Below are positions 54,501 to 64,000 of a stretch of DNA of 64,000 bases, one piece after another. The stretch's first letter is position 1. Each line of letters begins with the position of its first letter. The stretch covers positions 1 to 64,000 of the IMG/VR virus record IMGVR_UViG_3300027715_000010; one strand, 5' to 3'. Both the position numbers and the translations under genes were made by a program. Below the pieces are notes generated by a model. It saw nothing but the letters and a program-made list of their open reading frames with translations, was not told where the DNA came from and made no database searches. Source of the stretch: a virus (taxonomy: Duplodnaviria; Caudoviricetes).

Positions 54501-56739
54501 CACCGTGCTCAAAGTAATCATAATCAACATCTAAAGTTCCACCAGGATTGGTTGCGCCAGATTTTAAGTATAATGCTCCAAGTTCGTATGTATTATCTCT
54601 TTGACCATTATCTAAGGTAAATCTATCGGTTACATCAATAGCACCAGACATAATAGAATTGATTTGGAATATATCGGCACGATCTAATGCTACAGATGAC
54701 CCGGAAGCCAATCCAGTTTGAACTCTATTGGTAAATGTTTTGGTCTTTTCTGCTACAGAAGATTTGGTCAATGTTGCAAGAATTCTAACTGTATCAGTTC
54801 CACCACCAGATACTGTAATAGTAACTTGTTTACCAGTTGGAGAACCACCTAGTACAACAGAGTTACCAGATCCAGCTAAATCTACTACGGTTCCATCAGA
54901 TTTTGTTAAACGATATCTTAATGCTGAATAACTAGAAAAGATCTCATTGGTTCCTGCTGTTAAAGTAATAACCCCACCAGTCAAGGCACCTGTATAAAAT
55001 CTCATAATCTTATATGATGTATCACTTGAGCCAGATGGTTTTACAGTTTTAATAACTGAGTTTGGTAATTGTACCAAGTTTGTATTGATACTATTATCAA
55101 AAAGTAATGCTTCACCACCGGTCAAAACTGTATCGGTTAGCATATTAGGAGTGCCAGCTTTTACAATGGATTTTACATCGGTAGCAAATACATAAGACCC
55201 AGTCATTACAATATCATAAAGGAATAACTTGTAGATTGCAGAAGAACCAATAGTTCCACTTACATATTGCCAACCTTTTACTTTTGCAGTACCAACTTGG
55301 GTACCAGCTGAAGTATCAGTTCCATTATGCACAGCATTTTTCAAAAGAACTGTATCAAAAGCACTGATATTAAAAGTTCCTTTGGTTGTATTGACTAAAC
55401 AATAAGTTCCATAAGTTACTGGTATAACTGAATTGGATACTGACTTGGTAGAACGTCCTTTATCGGTTGCTACGTAGGTTGTAGATATCTTCTCAATCTC
55501 ATAACCTTTTACATAAGCTTTACCAGGTTCCAATCCAATAGCCAACTTTGTAGCATCTCCACCTTGAGCAACTGTATAGATACCACGATTGGTAGTATCG
55601 TTTAGATGCTCACGAATTTCAATCGGGAATGCTCTTACTGTATAATCACCAGACTCATCATAAGTTCTACGAGCTAAGGTCTTTTCTAATTCTGAGTATT
55701 GTGTTCTAACAACTAGTTCTTGTATAACACCGGTATCAATACGAAGTAATTCAATAAATCCATCACCAAGAGTTGCTGTTAAAGCATACTTAGCTAAGGT
55801 TAATTCAATTTTAAGTCTATCAGCACCAGGAGCATTGAAGTTTGAATAACCACTTGCTGGATCGTTTAATGAACTATCATCTGAAGCAGTTACTAAACTT
55901 TCGTCTAGGAATAAACCAACTTTATATGATGGTGTTGCACTGTATTTTTCAAGGATTAAAGTCTGTTTTGCAACTCTTAAAAAGTAACCTTGTGAAAAGT
56001 ATATACCATCATTGATAGTTACGGCAGAACCAGTTCCAGTTGCAGCTGAAGCATAAGTCGTTGCTATTGTTGCACTTTCAATTCCGAGTGTTTCATCTAC
56101 TACAACGATATTTTCGTTATTAGAAAAAACAGATGCCGTTGTCAATGTTGCTGTAATACCAGTAGCAGAAGCAGTTGCATTGTTTGAAATAGTAACTTCA
56201 TTAAGACTAGTATTAACTGCTGTGATTGATGTATTAGCTGGTATGCCAGTTCCCGTAATAGTTGCACCAACAATAAATGTGCTTAGAATATCAACAGAAC
56301 TTGTAATCTTATTGGATCCTGATACTGTATTAACTGCTACAGTCTTAACACTATCACCGGAAGCATATTTTATGAATAATGTATTTGGATCTGTTAAGTC
56401 AGCAGCTGACACTGCAACTACACGAGCAGAAGCACCAGAGGTCTTACCAATAATAAGTGTATCCAAAAAGTCTGCTGTATCAATATCAGAACCACTATAT
56501 TGTGGTTGTAATTTCAAATACTTATAAGTAAGGTCTACACTAATCTCACCAGGAATAACCATACTTCCTTCTTTGAATATATGATTACCAAATCTTTCAA
56601 TTTGTTTCTGAAGAATATCTTGTATTTGTGTTAGTTCCCGTGCTTGAACTGCTACACCTGGTTTGAAAGGTATTTTGATAAAATCTTTCGTCTCAGAGTA
56701 ATCGTCAAAGTATGGATCTGTATTAAGATTAATAGTCAT
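51544..56739 (-). CDS. vrlC: VrlC-like / DUF4815 large virion structural protein
   Basis: LN..PYFDDY, F.PG..VQARELTQ.Q.ILQ.Q, APGADR, LARRTYDESG.Y, RYTM.DIG..E.R..NLEYY..LSLLE, DPLAQSF. Confidence 0.88.
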   Translation of the reverse strand: MTINLNTDPYFDDYSETKDFIKIPFKPGVAVQARELTQIQDILQKQIERFGNHIFKEGSMVIPGEISVDLTYKYLKLQPQYSGSDIDTADFLDTLIIGKTSGASARVVAVSAADLTDPNTLFIKYASGDSVKTVAVNTVSGSNKITSSVDILSTFIVGATITGTGIPANTSITAVNTSLNEVTISNNATASATGITATLTTASVFSNNENIVVVDETLGIESATIATTYASAATGTGSAVTINDGIYFSQGYFLRVAKQTLILEKYSATPSYKVGLFLDESLVTASDDSSLNDPASGYSNFNAPGADRLKIELTLAKYALTATLGDGFIELLRIDTGVIQELVVRTQYSELEKTLARRTYDESGDYTVRAFPIEIREHLNDTTNRGIYTVAQGGDATKLAIGLEPGKAYVKGYEIEKISTTYVATDKGRSTKSVSNSVIPVTYGTYCLVNTTKGTFNISAFDTVLLKNAVHNGTDTSAGTQVGTAKVKGWQYVSGTIGSSAIYKLFLYDIVMTGSYVFATDVKSIVKAGTPNMLTDTVLTGGEALLFDNSINTNLVQLPNSVIKTVKPSGSSDTSYKIMRFYTGALTGGVITLTAGTNEIFSSYSALRYRLTKSDGTVVDLAGSGNSVVLGGSPTGKQVTITVSGGGTDTVRILATLTKSSVAEKTKTFTNRVQTGLASGSSVALDRADIFQINSIMSGAIDVTDRFTLDNGQRDNTYELGALYLKSGATNPGGTLDVDYDYFEHGAGDYFSVDSYAGVIDYADIPVYTGSNGITYNLRDCLDFRPRQNNTGSGYSVLSELIVSGEDVSVSYEYYLPRIDKVYLDLSGNFGVIQGNPSDTPSAPSAPDTAMGLYDVLIPPYTFATTDVAASIIENKRYTMRDIGKIEKRVQNLEYYVSLSLLEKETAELFIDDGTGVNRFKNGFVVDNFTTTQVADYNDADYKASIDIEKQTLRPNFYTGNIKLEYNASSSANVQLTGDILTLPYTPIAYITQDQASGYININPYDVLFYKGSMTISPSSDDWKDTSRASDVVITENVTNLGGQADYAAGKNEIFNINGHPIWGEWKQFWFGSSDVSGSSRSKQLITNSLSAVQALGTGATWERTGYAQISVSNRQVINDKILSSTAIPYMRSNTISFTATGLKPSTRVYGFFDGVAVDGYITPTGQALSTPMVTDTSGSISGTFTIPNTDTVRFRTGTKMFRLSDSYIGDVSAEETNAEAGYTASGILETRQADVISTRVTLNGQYLDPLAQSFMVTTVGGAFISKVDVFFASKDSKNIPVTLQIRNMVNGTPGSTIVPMSTVTLLPASVNTSTDGTVATTFTFEGPVYLQEGQEYAITLLSTSNEYNVWIATMGERQYQTDQIISKQPYLGVLFKSSNASTWTEDQLSDLKFTLYRCQFNTSVTGTAVLENEAVPVVTLGSNPLLTANASNIVEVTHTNHGMQNGDKVTLAGATATNNIPATELNASHTIANVLQNSYTITVTTNANATGVGGGTAITATENKPLDSMYIGCQNLVFNDTSLTFTGKLTTNGYVKDTTARALIVNDTIDNDDEYIIASSINETTSLSGNKSFEITGTFTSDLDNISPVIDLQRTSVVSIGNIINNDYTNEDTAVAGNALARYFTKRVNLTSPANALRVYFSALRPNAADIKVYYRILKDDNSGKFSDVAWTAMTAAITTPKSDTTIKDYEYYADSLPGFSIFAIKLVMVTSNTADVPLIKDFRAVATGS

Positions 56740-56756
56740 TGTTTATCCTTTAATTT

Positions 56757-57611
56757 CTAATAATCAACTACCAAGTGGATTGTTTCCGTTTGGCTTGTAG
56801 ATCTAGTAATAGATGTTCTATTTTCAGAATATAAGATAGTTCCACTTAATAAATCATAATCAGCAGCCACATAAGTATCACCTGTCAAGGCAACTGCAGA
56901 ATTATCTAATGGATTTGACCACAAGAATACTTGTCTAAATGTATCTATTGGCATCTCATTTCCAACAAAGGTATATCTTACCATCACAGTTGAAGCACCA
57001 AGTTCCAAAGCAGCATTCTTACCGTGTCCACCGATTGGAGATCCACTTGCATAAGTTGCAGCAGCTTCTACTGCTAGTTGTTGTGCCGTTTTTTGTGTTC
57101 CAGTAGGAACTGGTAACCAATCAGTAACCAAGAAATTGGTTGCTACAGCTGGTCCTAAATCGTACATAAACTTCCATTGATAACCATCAGCAGTGGTAAT
57201 CGTTGTAGTTAAAGTTCCAGTTGGTTTTACAGTTGATGGTGCAGATCCATTATTACTAATGCATTTATAAACATTGTAATCATCGGTCAATACATAAAAG
57301 TTGCTACCGAATAAACTTGTTGTGCTATCAGTATAAGCATCGTAAGTCGTTCCAGTTGTCCAGTTAATTCTTTGAATAACCAAACAAATATCAGCACTAG
57401 TAACTTTCTTAATACCCAACGTTGCTTGTCTTAATGCTACTTCTGTTGCTACGGAATCTACCGCAGTATCAGGTGAAGCTTCATTTGACCAAGCAGTATT
57501 TTTACCAATACCAGCATATAGGATATCTGGACTAGGTGTTGTTCTTGTTACCGAACTAACAAAGTCAAATGCTGTTTTTACTTTATAATTTTCTTTAATA
57601 ATTGTACTCAT
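56757..57611 (-). CDS. gp8: Baseplate wedge subunit
   Basis: R.NW..GT.YD.Y, FYV.T....VYKC..N...A.ST..PT, DGY.WK.MY, G.ILY.ENR..I.R...Q.E. Confidence 0.9.
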   Translation of the reverse strand: MSTIIKENYKVKTAFDFVSSVTRTTPSPDILYAGIGKNTAWSNEASPDTAVDSVATEVALRQATLGIKKVTSADICLVIQRINWTTGTTYDAYTDSTTSLFGSNFYVLTDDYNVYKCISNNGSAPSTVKPTGTLTTTITTADGYQWKFMYDLGPAVATNFLVTDWLPVPTGTQKTAQQLAVEAAATYASGSPIGGHGKNAALELGASTVMVRYTFVGNEMPIDTFRQVFLWSNPLDNSAVALTGDTYVAADYDLLSGTILYSENRTSITRSTSQTETIHLVVDY

Positions 57612-57641
57612 CTTGAGTCCTCTTTGTTATAATATCTCTTA

Positions 57642-57649
57642 TATTTATA
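57642..57649 (-). promoter_or_regulatory. Late promoter TATAAATA (gp8)
   Basis: Consensus in the intergenic gap. Confidence 0.8.
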
Positions 57650-59443
57650 CTATGTAATAGAAATATAATTACCTCTAATGTTCGGTTGCATACTATCCAT
57701 AGTTGGAGTAGTAACTGCTGTTCCTGGTGTCAATGTTGCAATAGTAGCAATATCAGGACCATATATCTGTATAACTTCGTCTATTGTTAATTCATAAAGA
57801 TAAGTTGGTCTTTCTATTTGCGTTTCAATTTCTGTAAAGTAGTTTATCTCAACTGGATATAGATTTACATTACTTGTAAAGAATATAAGATCTGTATTAC
57901 CAGTAATAGATTCTAATGTTATTGGCGTATATAAAACACGAGTGTAATTTACTTCACCAAACATCTTCATACCAGCAGGATGCACTGTTGGCTTAACTGC
58001 ATCTGCGAAAGTTGCAGTATCTAACTCAGATTTCAATACATAAGAGTATTCTTGCCAGTATTCGTTATCTTGTAGTTTCTTTGTAGAATCTAATTTACTA
58101 TCATCGGTTAACCATTTACCGGGATATGATACTAATGCTGATGTTGTAAAGGAAAATGTGGCATTATTATTACCATAACCTATTGTATCCGTTGTATAAT
58201 CATTTATATTACCGGTCAGAATAGGTGCTGGATTTTGTACAACTACACTTGATATTGCAGAAGTTCCACCTGATACGGATAAGATAGCACCAGTTCCAGT
58301 TGCAGAAGTTACCGTTGCTGTTGGAGTCTCATAGGACTTACCAGCTGATATTAGTTTTACTGTTATAATAGCACCAGCATTATCAACAACATCAACCACA
58401 GCAGTTGCACCGTTACCAGTGGATCCAGGATTGTCTATGATAGATACAATATCCCCAGTTCCATTTATAATAGTTGAGGTTATAGTAGAATTCATTGGTA
58501 AGTTTAGATAATCAATATCGGTAGAAGTTAGACCAGATACAACCTGATTAAGTAAAACTTGGTTATTATATACAGAATTCATTGGTAGATTGTTTAATGT
58601 GGTTACTATCTTGTAGTTGCCATTATAATTACTACCACCATTAAGAACCCCAATAGAACTAATCGGTGAAGATTGCAATGCAGTTACTACACCAAATCCA
58701 AGAATACTCATATTGGAATCGTTGGTAACTATATAAACCTTATCACCTTTCTTATAACCAGATCCACCATTTACCACAGTAAGACCAGATATAACTTCAA
58801 ACGAACGTTCTTGTATAACTGTTCCATCAACGCTGGTTCCAGCGATTAGTCTACCTGGTAGAAATGTACCCTTCACAGAACTTAGAAAGAATTCTGCAAT
58901 TTTTACACCTTCTAACTCATAGCTAACTGCATATTCAACAATACCAGTAGCTCCAGAAGTTAGACCTGTTATCTGTCTATTTACTAGGTCACCAAAGTTA
59001 CCTGTGTTATTCGTGCATTTTAATGAAGTTTCAACTACCCACTTACCGTCTGATGGTCTTAATAAATCATCTTTTGGATAATAGAAGTTGACATCTTGAT
59101 TATATAATACACGGAATAGAAACTTAAAGGACTTCTCAGTACCTTTGCTTCCGTATAGGGATTTGATATTTTTAATAAGTAAAGAAGAATCTGCCAGATA
59201 GTTTACTGGTAGAATATCAATATAAGTCTTTCTAAAATAGGTTAAGAATTCTGTAAGATCTGTCTCATCTATATCACGGTATTGTAATAAATTATAAGTT
59301 CTTTCACCGGCATTACCAACAGTATCTAGATATTCATAATAGTATTCTAGAAAAGTCGTGAAAAGACTGGTTGAGTCATCCTTTATAAATTCTGGTATAA
59401 CCCTATCAAATACCGTCTTAAGATTGTAGAACTCAGTTTCCAT
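57650..59443 (-). CDS. gp7: Baseplate wedge initiator
   Basis: IK..Y.SKGT..S.KFLFR.LY, YP...L..SDGKW, LQD..Y.Q.YSY..KS, VHPAG.K.FG. Confidence 0.85.
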   Translation of the reverse strand: METEFYNLKTVFDRVIPEFIKDDSTSLFTTFLEYYYEYLDTVGNAGERTYNLLQYRDIDETDLTEFLTYFRKTYIDILPVNYLADSSLLIKNIKSLYGSKGTEKSFKFLFRVLYNQDVNFYYPKDDLLRPSDGKWVVETSLKCTNNTGNFGDLVNRQITGLTSGATGIVEYAVSYELEGVKIAEFFLSSVKGTFLPGRLIAGTSVDGTVIQERSFEVISGLTVVNGGSGYKKGDKVYIVTNDSNMSILGFGVVTALQSSPISSIGVLNGGSNYNGNYKIVTTLNNLPMNSVYNNQVLLNQVVSGLTSTDIDYLNLPMNSTITSTIINGTGDIVSIIDNPGSTGNGATAVVDVVDNAGAIITVKLISAGKSYETPTATVTSATGTGAILSVSGGTSAISSVVVQNPAPILTGNINDYTTDTIGYGNNNATFSFTTSALVSYPGKWLTDDSKLDSTKKLQDNEYWQEYSYVLKSELDTATFADAVKPTVHPAGMKMFGEVNYTRVLYTPITLESITGNTDLIFFTSNVNLYPVEINYFTEIETQIERPTYLYELTIDEVIQIYGPDIATIATLTPGTAVTTPTMDSMQPNIRGNYISIT

Positions 59444-59444
59444 T

Positions 59445-61247
59445 TTATTTTGCTACTACATTGGCTACGATATTATTCAACTTTAATATCTGATTGCGTC
59501 CGTTCGTGATTACTTCGTTATTTATACTGGTTAGATTAACTTCGGTAACACTTGGAAGTAAGGTACTCGTTATTGTTATATAACTGCCCGTAAATCCACT
59601 TGTAATAAAGTTAGTTAATACTACGTAACCAGTTGTATAATCAATGGTTCCAGCTGCAGAATCTAATACTTCAATAGTTCCACCAATGGATCTTACGATT
59701 TGAATAACACCAGTGCTATATGGAGCAACCCCAGTTGGTACATCTCTAAAATAATATCCAGAAACACCACTGACACTAAAAGTTGTACTTGTTAATAAAC
59801 CAGGTTTTACCGGATTTGCAAAGTCTACGGTATATCTTGTTGCGACATTGGTAGTTGGTGATAGTCTGTAATCAAGACTTATTCCAGTTGTATTACCAGT
59901 AATTGAAGTATCTGCATCGTCTATAGCAGAACTTAACTTTGATAAAATAACACTTGAATTAAAGATATCCACAAAGTCAGCAAAGAAAGTTGTAATTGCA
60001 GAACTTACCAAGGTCTGTAATTGACTTACTGTCTTGATTGTTTCACTTGAGTTATAATTTACATTAGAACTTACATTGATATAAAGATATTCTGGTGCAA
60101 CGTATTCTGGTTTTACAGTTACCACCGCATAAGAAGATCTAATATCTGCTAGGATCTGTGCTTTGGTTACTTCATTTAGATAATACCCAGAGTTTGGTTC
60201 TAATGATACGAATACTTTACCATATACAGGAGTTGGTAGATTATCTTCTCCACCCCAGACTACTGCATCTTTAATGATTGGATAATTCTTTTTAATAATC
60301 ACTGAATAATCATCGGTAGTTAATGCCCTGTTTTGTGATTGATAGAACTTTGTTGCCATAGTTCTAATGCTTTCTATATCCTCTATATCAGCACCACCAG
60401 CAGATCCACTTAAAACTGTTATAGAAACATTGGTTGTTCCTGCTACAGTAGATAATCTCGTAAAGCTTTGAATACCATTAGCATCTGCACCAGCAGTAAT
60501 TAAATACTCTATTGTTATAATAGATCCATCAGTTGGATTTCTGCCTAGAACGTCATCACCGAACTTTACTTCAAAATAACCATCAAAGGTCTCTTGTAGA
60601 TAATAAACTTCCGAAGTAGATGTAATAGCATCTTTTACCACATTTGAACTATATAAGTATTCTCTATCAGTTACCGACACCGAAGTATCTTTTACCTTTA
60701 CAGAAAGGAATCTTGTATCAACATCTTTGTTTGGTATAATAAATCTTTGGTTAGGATTTAGACTATCTACAACATAATTATAAGTTGCATATCCACCTTG
60801 ATATACATCAATATCAGCAGTATAAACATCATTGACTGGGACTACGTTATAGGCTTCCGTTGTAATGAATAGATAATTCTTGTTATTAAGTATTGCATTA
60901 AATTGAGTATTCTTACTAATTACAGCAGGATTTGGACTACCAACTGGCACAAAGGTTACCCTTAATGTTGCTACAGACGCTGTCTTACTCGTAGGTAAGT
61001 AATTTAATTCTTTTGCTCTTGAAACGATACTTGAACGATTCTGTGCAGTATCAAGAAACATCTCACTTCCAATCATATTAGCATTTATTGCATTATAGTG
61101 GGTATTATATGCTAAGGCATCTAATAATACTGATAGACCAGCACCTTCAAAGTTATAATCAGTAAACTCTGGCTTTGACTTTAGAAAAGTCTTTAAGTTG
61201 GTCTTGATTGTATCAAAATCTAATTCGGTTACTCGTAAATCTGTCAT
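59445..61247 (-). CDS. gp6: Baseplate wedge subunit
   Basis: LDFD.IK.NL..FL....EF.DY.FEG..LS.LLD.LAYNTHY, FGD...G, QNRA.T..DY, WGGE....P.YGKVF. Confidence 0.95.
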   Translation of the reverse strand: MTDLRVTELDFDTIKTNLKTFLKSKPEFTDYNFEGAGLSVLLDALAYNTHYNAINANMIGSEMFLDTAQNRSSIVSRAKELNYLPTSKTASVATLRVTFVPVGSPNPAVISKNTQFNAILNNKNYLFITTEAYNVVPVNDVYTADIDVYQGGYATYNYVVDSLNPNQRFIIPNKDVDTRFLSVKVKDTSVSVTDREYLYSSNVVKDAITSTSEVYYLQETFDGYFEVKFGDDVLGRNPTDGSIITIEYLITAGADANGIQSFTRLSTVAGTTNVSITVLSGSAGGADIEDIESIRTMATKFYQSQNRALTTDDYSVIIKKNYPIIKDAVVWGGEDNLPTPVYGKVFVSLEPNSGYYLNEVTKAQILADIRSSYAVVTVKPEYVAPEYLYINVSSNVNYNSSETIKTVSQLQTLVSSAITTFFADFVDIFNSSVILSKLSSAIDDADTSITGNTTGISLDYRLSPTTNVATRYTVDFANPVKPGLLTSTTFSVSGVSGYYFRDVPTGVAPYSTGVIQIVRSIGGTIEVLDSAAGTIDYTTGYVVLTNFITSGFTGSYITITSTLLPSVTEVNLTSINNEVITNGRNQILKLNNIVANVVAK

Positions 61248-61248
61248 C

Positions 61249-61671
61249 TTATCTTACTCTTATTAAAGAAACTGTTTGTGTTATCGTTCCTAATTCTATG
61301 CGGCCAGTAATCTGAAAGGAAACTGTTATTCTTAACTCATTACCATCTGGATCTTCGTTTATCTCAACATCTTGAAGTATTACACGTGGCTCCCAATTCT
61401 TTATAATGGTCTTAATCTCTTCAAATACCAAAGCTTTTGTAATATCGTCCAATGGCTCAAATAATGTAGCTTTTAATAACGAACCAATCTCTGGATGGAA
61501 AGCTCTTTCGTAAAAACTTGTTTGCAAAAGATTAGATACACTTTGCTTAATAGCTTCTACGTCAGTCTTGGTTCTTATGTCATTAGTTATCGGATGCTTT
61601 AGAAAGCTAACATCAATATCTTTATACTGATACGTTCCATTATTATCCGCTATTTTGTTAGATACTGCCAT
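61249..61671 (-). CDS. gp25: Baseplate wedge subunit
   Basis: DID.SF..HP.T.D......AIK.S..NL..T..YER.F.P..G...LFE, EPRV. Confidence 0.93.
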   Translation of the reverse strand: MAVSNKIADNNGTYQYKDIDVSFLKHPITNDIRTKTDVEAIKQSVSNLLQTSFYERAFHPEIGSLLKATLFEPLDDITKALVFEEIKTIIKNWEPRVILQDVEINEDPDGNELRITVSFQITGRIELGTITQTVSLIRVR

Positions 61672-61922
61672 AATTCTCTTGCACTTCCAAAGGTTAATAG
61701 TTCTGGTTCTTTTATAAACTCAATCTTATCTACATAAAACACCAGTATAAATGTATTGAAATCTAAACATATAACAGAATCTTCTTGTGGTATAATAACT
61801 GGATCTAATGAGAATTTAGTATACCAATCATTAAGAAATCTCAAACTTTCAATTACAGTTAACTGGTCAATATGCTGTGTCTTCAATAAGTTATTTATAC
61901 TATTGATTATATTTTGTTTCAT
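61650..61922 (-). CDS. Hypothetical protein
   Basis: ORF between the nuclease and gp25. Confidence 0.5.
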   Translation of the reverse strand: MKQNIINSINNLLKTQHIDQLTVIESLRFLNDWYTKFSLDPVIIPQEDSVICLDFNTFILVFYVDKIEFIKEPELLTFGSARELWQYLTK

Positions 61923-61923
61923 A

Positions 61924-62133
61924 TTAAAAACCTAATTTTTCCATTCTTTTTTCAATAGCTTGCGCAACTGCTTCTTTATATTCACACTCGGCATCTACTA
62001 ATTCTTGACAGTGGTCTGGATCCCTATAACCATATTCTTCACGAGCTTGTTTTACTTTTGCTTTAAGTTCTTGGATATTCTTTTGTTCTTGTACTTCATT
62101 GAATATCTTTGCTAATCTTGATTTGAATTCCAT
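61924..62133 (-). CDS. Hypothetical protein
   Basis: Coupled ORF. Confidence 0.55.
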   Translation of the reverse strand: MEFKSRLAKIFNEVQEQKNIQELKAKVKQAREEYGYRDPDHCQELVDAECEYKEAVAQAIEKRMEKLGF

Positions 62134-63195
62134 TTACCTGCCCTCTTTAAAAACTATATAACATAATAAATGAGATGGTAGTATTCCACCACGGGTATTC
62201 CTAAAACTTATAACAAAATCCACCTTATCACCAACTAATCTAACTTCCACTTGCTTCTTACAATTATTCTTTGGATAGATTACCTTAACTCTATTTATAT
62301 TAGACCAATCAGCATTTACCGTGGAATCTATTCTTTTTATTGATAAACCTTTATAAAAATGTACCATATAATAATTAGTTCCAATAACAGAGGATATAAA
62401 CTTGCGGATTCTATATATATTTACACTATTACTAACATCAACGATCTCATCACAACCTATTGAAGTTCCTTTATATCTTGTAAATGAAGATCTAAACTTG
62501 TTGGTATCTATTCCAAAGAACTCTAATAGTTTCTTTGCATTATCAGAAAACTTGCCAGTTCTATAACTACTTACTGGTATCAATCCAATTATACTATTGT
62601 TAATTAAGGATATTCTATTACCATATTTTAGAGATAGGTTTATCCGTCTGTACTTAGTATATAATTGAATATCAGCTACTGCATTACCAACATCGGATAA
62701 ATCGCATTCAGAATCTATTAGACCACTTACGATACTTTTATTTTTGATTATCAATGGTCTAAATGGTTTATAACCAGCAGAGTTGCTTATAGTGTTTATT
62801 TTATATTTGTTAATGAAATCAATCAGTTCTTTATACTTACCAGTTCTTGTTATTAGATTCCGATAAACATCATCTTCAAACTTATTACCTTGATTACCTT
62901 TTGGTTCTCCACCGAAGTCTTCTGATTTTAGTAGATATCCAAGATTATATCTATTGTTTATGGTAACCCTTGCTTTGTTTGGTATTTTATCAAAGAACTT
63001 AATTAGTCTATTTTCAAACTGTCTATGAGTACTTTTACCAACTGTTATTGTGATATCTTCATATTGTAAAGAATCTATTTTAATATACTTTTGGTCTATA
63101 GTCTTTAATGATTGTCCGTGGTAGATCTTATCCGCAAGTATGCAAATTCTATCAATACCATATTTTTTAATCTCATAAAGACTAAGTGCTGTCAT
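62134..63195 (-). CDS. Putative PD-(D/E)XK (restriction-enzyme-like) nuclease
   Basis: L.KS.DFGG...GN.FE, VADI.L......LSLK; basic composition. Confidence 0.55.
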   Translation of the reverse strand: MTALSLYEIKKYGIDRICILADKIYHGQSLKTIDQKYIKIDSLQYEDITITVGKSTHRQFENRLIKFFDKIPNKARVTINNRYNLGYLLKSEDFGGEPKGNQGNKFEDDVYRNLITRTGKYKELIDFINKYKINTISNSAGYKPFRPLIIKNKSIVSGLIDSECDLSDVGNAVADIQLYTKYRRINLSLKYGNRISLINNSIIGLIPVSSYRTGKFSDNAKKLLEFFGIDTNKFRSSFTRYKGTSIGCDEIVDVSNSVNIYRIRKFISSVIGTNYYMVHFYKGLSIKRIDSTVNADWSNINRVKVIYPKNNCKKQVEVRLVGDKVDFVISFRNTRGGILPSHLLCYIVFKEGR

Positions 63196-64000
63196 TAGCT
63201 AAACCTTTTCTTAAAGACTCTACTTTGTGTATTGCCAGTATTCTTTTTTGACAACTGGGTATCCACTGCCGGTGTTATTAAGTCAGATACATCTTGTCCT
63301 TTACCTGGATCTTTACTTGTTGGTGTTGTACCATTATTTGCCCAGTCAACCGTTCCATTAGATATTGCACCAGAACCTAAACTATTAGCAACGATATTAC
63401 CTGTTAGAGTAAAATCTACTATATGGCATTTTCTAATAGTTGTTTGTGCTGATTGCAGATTTATAGCTCCAGATAATATGGTTTGATAACTTACACCTTC
63501 TATCTGATGATTAGTTGCTCTTGATACATAGTCACCTTCTACCCGTAAGGTATAATTACCATTGACGATCTGAGTATAGTTACCACCAACTTTTTCTGTA
63601 ATATCACCCTGGACTAGAAGATTGCAATCACCATTGACAATAACATTACGATTACCACCAACGATTACCGCATTATCTGCAAGTATTATCTCAAAACCAT
63701 CACCAAAAACTTTAGTTACTTTGGATCCATCAGGACTAATCTCATAAAAGGTTCCAGATCTGTGCATCTCAAAGATACGTTCTTTACCGGGGGTATCATC
63801 ATATTCTTTAATGTGACCAGATTCCGTTGTATTAACGTGGTTATATGGATACTTTGGAGCAGACTGAGTTGCTGGTTCCTCTATGGTAGAATCTGTGGCA
63901 GTCTTTGCCGTGGTTATGCGAACTTCATTTTGAAAAGCAACCTTGGTTCTATCATCACCAGTAGCTAACTCATTGATATCATTTGCTGGATTTATTAAAA
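63195..64000 (-). CDS. gp5: Baseplate hub protein gp5, 5'-truncated by the window
   Basis: Frame open to the window edge: DINELATG...YPYNHV..TESGH..EYDDTPG.ERI...HRSGT..EI, then beta-helix repeats; no lysozyme domain in the visible part. Confidence 0.92.
   Translation of the reverse strand, partial: LINPANDINELATGDDRTKVAFQNEVRITTAKTATDSTIEEPATQSAPKYPYNHVNTTESGHIKEYDDTPGKERIFEMHRSGTFYEISPDGSKVTKVFGDGFEIILADNAVIVGGNRNVIVNGDCNLLVQGDITEKVGGNYTQIVNGNYTLRVEGDYVSRATNHQIEGVSYQTILSGAINLQSAQTTIRKCHIVDFTLTGNIVANSLGSGAISNGTVDWANNGTTPTSKDPGKGQDVSDLITPAVDTQLSKKNTGNTQSRVFKKRFS

Noticed and set aside
33544-56527. Many short + strand ORFs over structural genes (e.g. 34650, 35076, 50969, 51923, 56180)
   Set aside because: Fully antisense to well-supported genes, no RBS or motifs
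1-64000. Stop-codon reassignment
   Set aside because: Core genes are intact in the standard code, all three stops are used, and neither tRNA is a suppressor (the Ser tRNA anticodon UGA reads UCA)
1-64000. CRISPR array, reverse transcriptase/DGR, introns or inteins
   Set aside because: No spaced repeat array, RT motif or template/variable repeat pair seen; gp17, gp20 and gp23 are uninterrupted
1-64000. Impression of frequent GATC/GGATCC/AGATCT sites
   Set aside because: Not counted; needs a k-mer test against a codon-preserving null before any claim

Overview
AT-rich 64-kb segment of a T4-like (Tevenvirinae/cyanophage-like core) myovirus genome, read with the standard genetic code. Positions ~1-25,880 (+ strand) hold early/accessory genes: RuvC-like resolvase, rnh, an LpxC homologue, GapR, a SleB-type hydrolase, Hsp20, a DenV-like glycosylase, thioredoxin, dUTPase, HNH, NrdG-type radical SAM, a pentapeptide repeat protein, a metallophosphoesterase, a DNA methylase, tRNA-Tyr and several paralogous small-gene families behind repeated sigma70-type promoters. 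Positions ~25,886-64,000 (- strand) hold the virion module: gp5 (truncated by the window), gp25, gp6, gp7, gp8, VrlC-like protein, fibre/receptor-binding genes, gp13-gp23, a Hef-like endonuclease and tRNA-Ser, with T4-type late promoters (TATAAATA). GapR in particular points to an alphaproteobacterial host (inference). Most notable observations: (1) a family of putative internal head proteins with T4-like capsid-targeting leaders, some built as gp21-cleavable polyproteins with a shared ESKLNE linker; (2) a late-promoter-driven two-hairpin small RNA with anti-Shine-Dalgarno loops, next to (3) an orphan, catalytically intact TnpB flanked by a duplicated late-promoter repeat; (4) a phage-encoded LpxC; (5) a podophage-type adaptor homologue and a lethal-factor-like metalloprotease in unexpected places. 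All calls come from motif recognition by eye; no searches were run.
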